Source: an uncultured bacterium
GTDB taxonomy: Bacteria; Patescibacteriota; Minisyncoccia; UBA6257; 2-01-FULL-56-20
Reading direction: 5' to 3'
Assembly (NCBI GenBank): GCA_963696395.1
Contig: CAVOJZ010000002.1
Span: 363,989-427,988, forward strand
Length of the DNA stretch: 64,000 bases
Shown here piece after piece: positions 27,471 to 37,757 of this stretch. Every line of letters begins with the position of its first letter. Within the stretch, counting starts at the first letter, position 1. Position numbers and translations under genes: made by a program. The notes beneath the pieces are model-generated. The model did not search any database, was not told the DNA's origin, and was given only the letters and a program-made list of their open reading frames with translations.

Positions 27471-28319
27471 ATGAAAAAAATATTCATCATCGGCAACCAG
27501 GGCTTCATTGCACGGGAACTCGCGCGGCAGTGCGAAAAGAAAGGTATTGAGTGCGCCGGCGTTGACCTCCCGGTCGACATGCGTGATAAAGATTTCGGAA
27601 AGTATTTATCCGAAGATATTGATGCCATAGTCCATCTCGCCGCCCTTTCAAGGACCCCGGATTGTTCAGGGAAAATGTATGAAACGTTTGACGTAAACGT
27701 CCAGGGCGCATTAAACGTTTTGCGCGCGTCCCGCGAAAAGAAAATCCCTCAATTTATTTTTGCCTCTTCGGAATGGGTTTATCCCGACAGCATGGAAGAA
27801 GTAAGCGAAGATGTTCCTTTGGATATTTTAAAGGCTCCGGCGGAATATGCGCTTTCAAAAATGGTGGCCGAAGCAGCGCTCAAGCAAGACTGGCAGAAAC
27901 ACGGAGGAAACGTAACTATCACGCGCTTTGCGATCGTCTACGGTCCTCGTCCGAAGGAAAAGGTGTGGGTTGCCGTTGAAAGCATCGCAAGTGCCGTGAA
28001 AAACCAGGACACGGTCACCGTTGGATCACTAAAGACAGGACGGAGATTCATCCACGTGGAAGATCTTGCCTTGGGCATCCTTGCAACGCTTGGAACGCCG
28101 AGCTACGAAGTCTTCAACCTTTCCGGACAGAAATTTGTGAGCATGGGAGATATCATCGCCGCCAGCGAGAAGATGTTCGGAAAGAAAGTGAAAATTGAAG
28201 AAAAAGGAGACGCCCCCAGCACGAGAAACCCTTCGAATAAAAAGGCTCACGACGTCCTCGGCTGGAGCCCCCGCATAAGCCTGGAAGAAGGTCTTGAAAG
28301 CGTGAAGCAGTATCTCTAG
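27471..28319 (+). CDS. NAD(P)-dependent SDR-family sugar nucleotide reductase (YerF-like candidate)
   Basis: MKKIFIIGNQGFIAREL and a YxxxK motif (YALSK). It starts 7 nt after the ThDP enzyme. Confidence 0.55.
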   Translation: MKKIFIIGNQGFIARELARQCEKKGIECAGVDLPVDMRDKDFGKYLSEDIDAIVHLAALSRTPDCSGKMYETFDVNVQGALNVLRASREKKIPQFIFASSEWVYPDSMEEVSEDVPLDILKAPAEYALSKMVAEAALKQDWQKHGGNVTITRFAIVYGPRPKEKVWVAVESIASAVKNQDTVTVGSLKTGRRFIHVEDLALGILATLGTPSYEVFNLSGQKFVSMGDIIAASEKMFGKKVKIEEKGDAPSTRNPSNKKAHDVLGWSPRISLEEGLESVKQYL

Positions 28320-28334
28320 AAATTCTTTCCGGAG

Positions 28335-29261
28335 TTGTCCCCTCTCATGCATACAAAAATATTTGCCGCGATCGTCACATTCAATCCCGACGTGGAAAAC
28401 GTACGGAAGGCCGTTGGATTTCTTAAGTCGCAAGTGGACGGCGTATTTCTGTTCGACAATTATTCAAATCCCCAAATCAGAAGCGGCCTCCAGGATGTGG
28501 AACGGGAATTTCCCGGCTTCATGTTCCTCAATTTGAGCCCAAGGCACGAGAACGTCGGCGTGGCGATCAATCAGTGCATTAAGCCGGCGCGCGAGAAGGG
28601 CGCCGAATGGGTCATCTATTTTGATCCCGATAGTTTGGCCTCAACCGATCTTGTTGCCAAGATGCACGAAGCGCACGATGCGATGCCACAGGAAGTGCAG
28701 AAACACATCGGCGCTGTCGCACCGAATCACACCACGCTCAAAGGCCTGGCCTTTCCCCCCGGGAAGCCCTTCTTGACTAATGGAGCGATCATGTCCGGAA
28801 TGCTCATCAAAGCTTCCACCTTCGACAAAATAGGATACGTGAGCGAAATCGTATCTCTCGACGGCGTTGATGGAGAATTCTGCATCCGGATGCAGCGTGC
28901 AGGACTCAAAACACTCACGGTTCCTTCCGTAATTCTCCAAACGACTATCGGCAACCCAACGCTCCGAAAGTTGTTTTGGATAAAAGCCGAGATCCTCAAC
29001 CAGAAACCATATCGTTATTACACGATGGCGCGAAACTTCACCTGGATGTTTGTGCGTAATTACAAAACATACATCATAGGCAATGAAGATTGGCCTTCCG
29101 CAATCTGGGCAGTCATCATTCCCCGCTACATGATAAAGATGCTCTTTTTTGAAGATCGGCGCTGGGAAAAGCTCAAGCTCTATTTTCTTGGCACGTTTGA
29201 CGGCTTGTTCAACCGGATGGAACACGAACGATTGGAGCGCATTCTTAATACCTACGCGTAA
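28335..29261 (+). CDS. glycosyltransferase family 2 (WbbL/rhamnosyltransferase-like)
   Basis: IFAAIVTFNPDVENVRKAVGFLKSQVDGVFLFDNYS...IYFDPDS. Confidence 0.5.
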   Translation: MSPLMHTKIFAAIVTFNPDVENVRKAVGFLKSQVDGVFLFDNYSNPQIRSGLQDVEREFPGFMFLNLSPRHENVGVAINQCIKPAREKGAEWVIYFDPDSLASTDLVAKMHEAHDAMPQEVQKHIGAVAPNHTTLKGLAFPPGKPFLTNGAIMSGMLIKASTFDKIGYVSEIVSLDGVDGEFCIRMQRAGLKTLTVPSVILQTTIGNPTLRKLFWIKAEILNQKPYRYYTMARNFTWMFVRNYKTYIIGNEDWPSAIWAVIIPRYMIKMLFFEDRRWEKLKLYFLGTFDGLFNRMEHERLERILNTYA

Positions 29262-29319
29262 TTTTCTGTCCCGCTACACCGCATCACCCGACGCTTTTTA
29301 GCCTATGCGAGTACGGAAG

Positions 29320-29940
29320 CTACTTGGACTTGTCTCTCCTGTCTTCCGCCCGTTTCGCCATGTGGTCGAAATAATCCACGAAATAGAACGTGATGAGATG
29401 GAGGATTGTGCCGTGCACGGACTCCACGACACCGTAATCCCCTTTTTCGGTCTTCACAACGATTTTTGCGTCCGCAAGCTCATTCAATTTCCCGCCGTCA
29501 AAGCCGGACAGACCGATCACCGGGACCTGATGTCGCTTTGCAAGTTCAACCGCTTTGATAACATTTGGCGAATTGCCGCCGCTCGAGATGGCAACGATGG
29601 CATCTGATTCACGGATGTAATTTTCGAGCGGACCCGCGAAAATCATATCGTAGCCGACATCGTTTGCCCATGCTGTAATCTCGGATTCCGTTGAAGGAAG
29701 GCGAATAGCCTGGAAGCGCCGCACGCCCGAGCCAAGGTTGTGGCTGAACACGGTTTTGTTGAAGTCGCTCACCCAGTGCGTGGCCATCGCAAGCGAACCT
29801 CCATTGCCGAAGATATAAATGCGGCCATCGCGCTCATATGTGGCCTGCAAAATATTGACCGCCTTCGCGATCTCCTTCTTGGGGACATCGCGCAAAGCGT
29901 CGATGACCCGGTTTAAAAATATATCGAGATAGGATTCCAT
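29320..29940 (-). CDS. gmhA: phosphoheptose isomerase (SIS domain, GmhA)
   Basis: 206 aa. IYIFGNGGSLAMATHWVSDF and VIGLSGFDGG are the GmhA SIS motifs. Confidence 0.8.
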   Translation of the reverse strand: MESYLDIFLNRVIDALRDVPKKEIAKAVNILQATYERDGRIYIFGNGGSLAMATHWVSDFNKTVFSHNLGSGVRRFQAIRLPSTESEITAWANDVGYDMIFAGPLENYIRESDAIVAISSGGNSPNVIKAVELAKRHQVPVIGLSGFDGGKLNELADAKIVVKTEKGDYGVVESVHGTILHLITFYFVDYFDHMAKRAEDRRDKSK

Positions 29941-29949
29941 ACTTCTATA

Positions 29950-30975
29950 TTACGACATTCGTATCGGCTCGCTCTGATCGTTGTTCAGGAGCACCTCAAC
30001 GCCCGCATGCATGAACCGCACCGGAACCTGCGTGAATTCGGAAAGGTTGTTTTTTGCCGCAGCCGCAGTTACCGCTGCCTTTACCGCCGCTTGTTTCTCA
30101 TACGGCGTCATGAAAAGCACGCATCCGCCGCCGCCCGCACCGAGAATCTTTCCGCCCCATGCACCGGCGTTTTTGCCCGCGTCATACAACGCGTCAATTA
30201 CGGGATTTGAGACATTCGAAGCGAGTGTCTTTTTGGTGACCCACCCTTCGTGCAGCATCTCACCCATGCCTTCAAAATCCCCTTTCTCGAGCCGGTCGCG
30301 GAATTCAAACACCGAGTCCGACATTGCCTTCAAGGATTCCATCTTTTTATCTATATTAGCTTTCTGTTCGGTGAGAACCGATGATGCAAATCGCCGGATG
30401 CCGGTGTAGAAAAGCTGAATGTGGTCCTGAAATGCGCTTTCGATTTTGTAATCGACGTGCACCGGCGTGACGTCAACGCTATGATCGGCATTAAACTGAA
30501 AAATGTTGATGCCGCCGTACGCCGCCGCATACTGATCCTGTTTGCCGATTGGTTCTTTCACCAGATCGATCTCAAGATGCGAGGCGAGCTCGGCGATATT
30601 GCCGACAGAGATCCGCTCCTTTCGCGCGGTAAGAAGCGCCTTCATAAGCGCAACCGAAAAACTCGATGACGACCCGAGCCCCGTTTTTTCCGGGAGGTCG
30701 TTAAACGTCGTTATCGTCATATTGTTCGTGATGCCAAAATGGAGCAATGCCTCCCTGATCCTGTCGTTCTCAATGTCTTTCGCATGATCCACTTCTTCCG
30801 TTTTAAAATACCGCGCGGTCACTTTTTTGAGAAGCGGTGCGCGATTCACCGACACATAGACATATTTGTCGATAGCCGTCGAAATCACACGGCCCGGGTA
30901 CTTGGTATAAAAATCGGCGAGGTCGGTTCCTCCGCCAACAAAGCTGATTCGCATAGGGGCTCGAACGATAATCAT
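29950..30975 (-). CDS. hddA: GHMP-family D-glycero-alpha-D-manno-heptose 7-phosphate kinase (HddA-like)
   Basis: MIIVRAPMRISFVGGGTD and GLGSSSS are the GHMP kinase motifs. It is adjacent to gmhA. Confidence 0.65.
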   Translation of the reverse strand: MIIVRAPMRISFVGGGTDLADFYTKYPGRVISTAIDKYVYVSVNRAPLLKKVTARYFKTEEVDHAKDIENDRIREALLHFGITNNMTITTFNDLPEKTGLGSSSSFSVALMKALLTARKERISVGNIAELASHLEIDLVKEPIGKQDQYAAAYGGINIFQFNADHSVDVTPVHVDYKIESAFQDHIQLFYTGIRRFASSVLTEQKANIDKKMESLKAMSDSVFEFRDRLEKGDFEGMGEMLHEGWVTKKTLASNVSNPVIDALYDAGKNAGAWGGKILGAGGGGCVLFMTPYEKQAAVKAAVTAAAAKNNLSEFTQVPVRFMHAGVEVLLNNDQSEPIRMS

Positions 30976-31101
30976 GGTACCTGCATATAATAGATTAATT
31001 CGTTCTAAAGTCAATAAAATTTGACAAAATTATGATGAATGATATAATCTTTTCCGCACCTTCCAATAAGAAAATAACGGAGCCATCGTTGAGGAGACAA
31101 C

Positions 31102-31923
31102 ATGAAAGAAAGCACATTCGCAACAATTTACGCTACGGGTCTGTATAGGCTTACCCGGGATGCGTTCTGCAATGCAGGAGAACGAATCCTCGAAATCCGC
31201 CGCGAAGGGCTTGCCCCTGAAAGCAAGAAATCATTCCAGGACATCCGGACCAAAGGAGACATTGAAGCCGAATCGCTGCTCACCGCCTTTATAAAACAAA
31301 ACTTTCCGAGCGACGGCATCCAGGGCGAGGAAGGAACCTCTGAGTCTTTAACGGCTGATTACCTTTGGTACTTGGATCCGATCGACGGGACAACAGTCTA
31401 CGCCGCCGGAATGGATTACTTTGGGGTTTCAGGAGGGCGTGCGCAAAGCGGACGAGGCCACTTCGGTATTGTTCGTTTTCCCGCGCTCGGCTACACCGTC
31501 TTCGGCGGAAAATCCGGGGGCGGCTGGATAGATGACGGCACTACGGTCCGACGACTTCGGGAAAAACCCTCTCCCAAAAGCCTGCGCGAATCGACAATCG
31601 TACTCGACCTCAGCATCGACGAAGAGAAGAAATTCCGCGAACCATTTCAACGGGCATGCATGATGATCCTCAAGTTCGGCTCGTGCGTGTTCGAATGCTC
31701 ACTCGTCGCCCGCGGTCTCGTCGGCGGATATCTCAATAAGACCGCAAAGCGGCACGACGCCGCGGCGATATCCGTCATCGGCGAAGCCGAAGGCTGTATC
31801 GTAAACGATCTCGACGGTAAACCGATCGACCTCCGAAACGAGAATGTGCCATTCGCCATGGCCGGCAACCAGGCCATCATGGACGATATGCTCCTTCTCT
31901 ATCATCAGCTCGCGAAGCAATAA
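31102..31923 (+). CDS. inositol monophosphatase / CysQ family phosphatase (intact copy)
   Basis: WYLDPIDGTT and HDAAAISVIGEAEG motifs. A canonical GGAGGAG Shine-Dalgarno sequence lies upstream. Confidence 0.65.
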   Translation: MKESTFATIYATGLYRLTRDAFCNAGERILEIRREGLAPESKKSFQDIRTKGDIEAESLLTAFIKQNFPSDGIQGEEGTSESLTADYLWYLDPIDGTTVYAAGMDYFGVSGGRAQSGRGHFGIVRFPALGYTVFGGKSGGGWIDDGTTVRRLREKPSPKSLRESTIVLDLSIDEEKKFREPFQRACMMILKFGSCVFECSLVARGLVGGYLNKTAKRHDAAAISVIGEAEGCIVNDLDGKPIDLRNENVPFAMAGNQAIMDDMLLLYHQLAKQ

Positions 31924-31977
31924 AACGCTTCCAAAAAATAAACACCCCGTAGACCATGTATCGGTCTACGGGGATTT

Positions 31978-32706
31978 TTATCCTTTCCGCAACGCAAGCG
32001 CGTAGAGTTCGCTTGGGTCGCCTTTGAAGTTGAGTTTCACGGCCAGTTCTTTTTCGAGCGGCAGCACGACGCTGTCGAACGTCTCACGATGCGTCATTCC
32101 GTATTTCTGACGAAATGCCTCGTTCGCCCACTCATACCGCCCTCCGGGCTTGAATTCCGGGAGAAGGTCGTCGAACCGCTGTTTGTAGCCGACGATCTTA
32201 TCACCGGAAACACAATCATCGGCGTAATGCATCAGCTTGCCGCGGAAGTCGGCTTTTCCCGCGAGGATTCGATCGAGACCGAGATCGCCGGTCGTTTTTG
32301 CAACTTCCACAACCTCCGGTGAAAATCCAAGCTCGGTCAAAAACGCGCCCGCAGCCAGTTCGGCTTCCCGATTCGCCGTGTGGCGATCCACTCTTTCACG
32401 CTTCGCCCTTTCACCAGCCTCCCACTCCCGGCGCTTGTAAGCGTCGTGCACGAGGCCGGCCTCAACGAGTATCGGGTCGCCATCGCTCAGGCAGTACGCC
32501 GTCCAGGCAACAACGACATTGTGCGCAACCACGTTTATCCAGGTTCGATTCAATTCCCCGTTAGCCCATCCCGGAGAAAGCAATCCTCCCTGTTCCCAGG
32601 CCGCGACCACTCTGTCGGGCACCATACTCACCGGCAATGCAGGCAGAAGCTCGTTGATACTCTTAATGCGGTTCTCCGACTCAACAAAATAATTGGATAC
32701 CTCCAC
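31978..32706 (-). CDS. hypothetical protein, possible HD-domain phosphohydrolase
   Basis: The VVAHNVV...LVHDAYK...HYADD pattern is suggestive of HD-domain metal ligands. The assignment is weak. Confidence 0.3.
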   Translation of the reverse strand: MEVSNYFVESENRIKSINELLPALPVSMVPDRVVAAWEQGGLLSPGWANGELNRTWINVVAHNVVVAWTAYCLSDGDPILVEAGLVHDAYKRREWEAGERAKRERVDRHTANREAELAAGAFLTELGFSPEVVEVAKTTGDLGLDRILAGKADFRGKLMHYADDCVSGDKIVGYKQRFDDLLPEFKPGGRYEWANEAFRQKYGMTHRETFDSVVLPLEKELAVKLNFKGDPSELYALALRKG

Positions 32707-32855
32707 GAACCCTCCTTCGTAAGCAGATTATCAAGATTACCACTGGCGCAATTATATCATATAAACCTTTTTAGTCAATGCTACGGCGAAAAACCCCGAC
32801 CTTGGAATGTCGGGGTTTTCTTTGTTGTGGTTACGTTCTCACTTAAGCTCTATGC

Positions 32856-34091
32856 TTATCCAAGTTTCACCACATGCGGCTCCTTGGGGAATGGCAAAAC
32901 GCAATCTCCCTTAAATTTGTAGTGATCGGTAAGATGCTTCGTGATTTCGTCTTTAAAGTTCCACGCCATGAGGAAAATACAATCCGGCTTTGTCGCCATC
33001 ACGTCGTCAGATTTCTTGATTGGAATATGCGTACCAGCCGTAAACCTTCCTTGCTTCAGCGGGTTAAGATCGATAACCACGGGCACGATGTCGGTTGTGA
33101 TCCCGCAGAAATTCAACAGCGTTGAGCTGCGTGCGGACGCGCCCCAGCCGGCAATCTTTCGGCCCTTGCTTTTCTCGTCTTTCAAAATTGCCATGAGCCT
33201 GTCGCGATGCGCGATCGAACGTGCGGCAAAATCTTTCCAGCTTGAAAACTCGTTCGTCTTGGCGGCGTTCTCGGCCTGCCGATACTTCACGACATTCATC
33301 GAGGGAGTCACCTCGCCTTTCCGCGCGTAATAGACAAGCGATCCCCCGCTGATGGGACTTTCTGTTATATCAAAGACATAGAGACCGAAATCATTCAACA
33401 GTTTTTCCATACTCTTCACTGTGAAATAACAGAGGTGCTCGTGATAGATGGAGTCGTAGTGAAGTTCATCCAAAATCACTTTCCCGTAGTGGGCTTCGAT
33501 TGCGATCGTACCGGTTTCGCTCACGGACTTCTTCAGGCCTTCGACGAAATCCCGCGTGCCGGCAACATGCGGCAAGACATTGCGGGCAAAAACGATCTCC
33601 GCCTCGCCGTTCGCGGCAACAATATCATCGGCGACCTTCGATCCGAAGAACAAGGGATCGGTCGGGATCCCCGCATCGCGCGCCATTTTGGCGACATTTT
33701 CCGCCGGGTCAATGCCAAGCACCGGAAAATTATTTTTTTGGAACGGGATGAGGAACGTACCGTCGTTGGAAGCGATTTCCAGAACGTATCCCTTTTCGCG
33801 CGCGTGCGGCGTGCGGGATACAGCGGACTCATAGAAAGTCTGCGCATGCTTGTGTGCGGTGAGCGAGGTGCCCGTAAGCCAAAGATAGTGCTTAAAAAGA
33901 ATTTCCGGTTCAATGGTTTCGTTAAGCTGTACCAGAGTGCAATTATGGCAATAACTCAGAGACAATGAGTAGGCGTCGTCTTTCAGGTCAGCCCGATCCG
34001 GCAGGGAATTCGCAAGCGGCTGCTTTCCGAGATCGAAAAATCCCTCGATTTTATTGCTTCCGCAGACACGACAAGAAGAAATTGTTTGCAT
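32856..34091 (-). CDS. NDP-hexose C-methyltransferase (TylCIII/TcaB9-like: N-terminal Zn-ribbon, SAM methyltransferase, C-terminal C-MT domain)
   Basis: N-terminal CRVCGS...CHNCTL zinc ribbon, a class-I methyltransferase core (LEIASNDG), and a total length and layout matching sugar 3-C-methyltransferases. Confidence 0.6.
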   Translation of the reverse strand: MQTISSCRVCGSNKIEGFFDLGKQPLANSLPDRADLKDDAYSLSLSYCHNCTLVQLNETIEPEILFKHYLWLTGTSLTAHKHAQTFYESAVSRTPHAREKGYVLEIASNDGTFLIPFQKNNFPVLGIDPAENVAKMARDAGIPTDPLFFGSKVADDIVAANGEAEIVFARNVLPHVAGTRDFVEGLKKSVSETGTIAIEAHYGKVILDELHYDSIYHEHLCYFTVKSMEKLLNDFGLYVFDITESPISGGSLVYYARKGEVTPSMNVVKYRQAENAAKTNEFSSWKDFAARSIAHRDRLMAILKDEKSKGRKIAGWGASARSSTLLNFCGITTDIVPVVIDLNPLKQGRFTAGTHIPIKKSDDVMATKPDCIFLMAWNFKDEITKHLTDHYKFKGDCVLPFPKEPHVVKLG

Positions 34092-34135
34092 AATTTTCAG
34101 ATTATACCATGAATCGGGGGGTAAAAATCAAGGGG

Positions 34136-35029
34136 CTACAGCCTCGTCCACCCGTCCGGAACCACATCCTCATTCCCCTGTGACGACGGGCTCCATCGCG
34201 CAGGCGCAACCACAATCTTTCCGGGATTTTCATTCAGCCAGGCACCCCACCAGGAAAAACTGCTGTTCGTAATCACGTTATGCTTGCACATCGACATAAG
34301 TTGGAGATGATAGCTTGCCTTTGGCCCTTCCGACGCCCGATCGATATACGTTGTCGGGAATGGAGGTTTTATATTTTCTCTGCACCACGCAATGTCGTCC
34401 GAAAAGATAAAAAACTTAGGATTTTTTACATGTTCATCGATGTAGGCGATTGCTTTGTCATAATAAGAGGAGTTGGTTTCTCCGTAAAGACTAGTGTTCT
34501 TGGGGATTAAATAGTCCGTACGCCGGACATGAAGCGAAACCGAATTTGACTCTCTGATATCTTTCGAGAGATTAAGTGCGTCGCCTTCGAGCGCGTGCTT
34601 AAATCGAAATTCTTTCCGCAATTCCTCTTCGATATCTGCGAAATAGCCAGGCGTCTGCCAGTATCCCCAAATAAGAATATTTCCCCTTGCATCGACGAGG
34701 TTTCGATCGAACACAAGTTCCTGCTTTTCTTTTAAAATTTTCTGGATGCCAAATGAATTTTTGATCTTGAGAAGTCCTAAATCGAGGCCAAGCCAGAGCC
34801 CAGGAACCGACATTGCGGTTGAGAGCTTCGAGAGCGTCGTAAACTTCGGCGTGATGTCAAAAATGTCGAGGTCGTATTCACGAAAGGTGAACTGCTTTCG
34901 TGGAAACCGGTCGTTCAGGTAGGTCGAGTCAATGAGTAAGGGGTCGTTATTTCTTTTTGCAATGCCCAATCCTGCAGCATATTGGAACATCTGATTTCCC
35001 AAACCGCCGCGCAAAAGTACAGTCACCAT
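34136..35029 (-). CDS. glycosyltransferase family 11 (alpha-1,2-fucosyltransferase-like), copy B
   Basis: LLRGGLGNQMFQYAAG is the GT11 hallmark. Confidence 0.75.
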   Translation of the reverse strand: MVTVLLRGGLGNQMFQYAAGLGIAKRNNDPLLIDSTYLNDRFPRKQFTFREYDLDIFDITPKFTTLSKLSTAMSVPGLWLGLDLGLLKIKNSFGIQKILKEKQELVFDRNLVDARGNILIWGYWQTPGYFADIEEELRKEFRFKHALEGDALNLSKDIRESNSVSLHVRRTDYLIPKNTSLYGETNSSYYDKAIAYIDEHVKNPKFFIFSDDIAWCRENIKPPFPTTYIDRASEGPKASYHLQLMSMCKHNVITNSSFSWWGAWLNENPGKIVVAPARWSPSSQGNEDVVPDGWTRL

Positions 35030-35039
35030 GTCGTTGCTG

Positions 35040-37012
<1,973 letters not shown>

Positions 37013-37090
37013 GGATTTATTTTACGACAAAAGAAAGTTCATGACAAGCTTGGCGTCATGAAAAAAAGTCGCACGCCTTTCTCAAAAATT

Positions 37091-37747
37091 TTACTTCTTC
37101 GCGCTGGACTTCGTGGTTGACGGTGTCTGCGTAGCCATAAACTGCTGCAAGCTCATTGCTATGCGCGTATCGCTCGGCCAGTTCATGAGAATTTTTTGTG
37201 CAACGGAAATGGTGTCGCTCACGTCGCCGGCGGCACGATAAACATCGAACAATCCATAGAGTGGCTGAGGGCGATTCGGGCCGAGCATTTGGCCTTCCTG
37301 GTACCAATGCTCCGAAGCGGCGAGATAGGTGGGATTACCGGTTCCCGCAAAAGCAATCTCATTCACTGCACCTTCAAGATACAAATCCTGCCCGAAACTC
37401 ATGCCCTTCCCACGATTAAGAATCGGATCGTAATAATTATTTAGGAATCCGACAAGCGCCGCGGTCGAAGTTGCATTGTTCCCTTGTTGCTGGACGAATG
37501 CCAAAACGCTGTTTGCAAGATTTCTTACAAGCTCTTCCTGGCCGATCGGCGCGTAATAGTCCAAGGGGCCTGAAACACGGGTCTCAAGATCTTGAAGTGA
37601 TGTTGCCGGATTCGTCTGGAGCGATTGAAGCGTGCTGATGAATCCCTCCGCCTTGCGCATCGGTCGGTAGGATCCGAGGTAGCTCACGCCCAAAACAAGG
37701 ATAACGATGATGATTGCGGTAAGTTGTTTGTAGGTTCGGTCTTCCAT
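37091..37747 (-). CDS. hypothetical protein with N-terminal TM anchor
   Basis: 218 aa with a single N-terminal hydrophobic helix and no recognisable motif. Confidence 0.3.
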   Translation of the reverse strand: MEDRTYKQLTAIIIVILVLGVSYLGSYRPMRKAEGFISTLQSLQTNPATSLQDLETRVSGPLDYYAPIGQEELVRNLANSVLAFVQQQGNNATSTAALVGFLNNYYDPILNRGKGMSFGQDLYLEGAVNEIAFAGTGNPTYLAASEHWYQEGQMLGPNRPQPLYGLFDVYRAAGDVSDTISVAQKILMNWPSDTRIAMSLQQFMATQTPSTTKSSAKK

Positions 37748-37757
37748 GTTTTTATTG

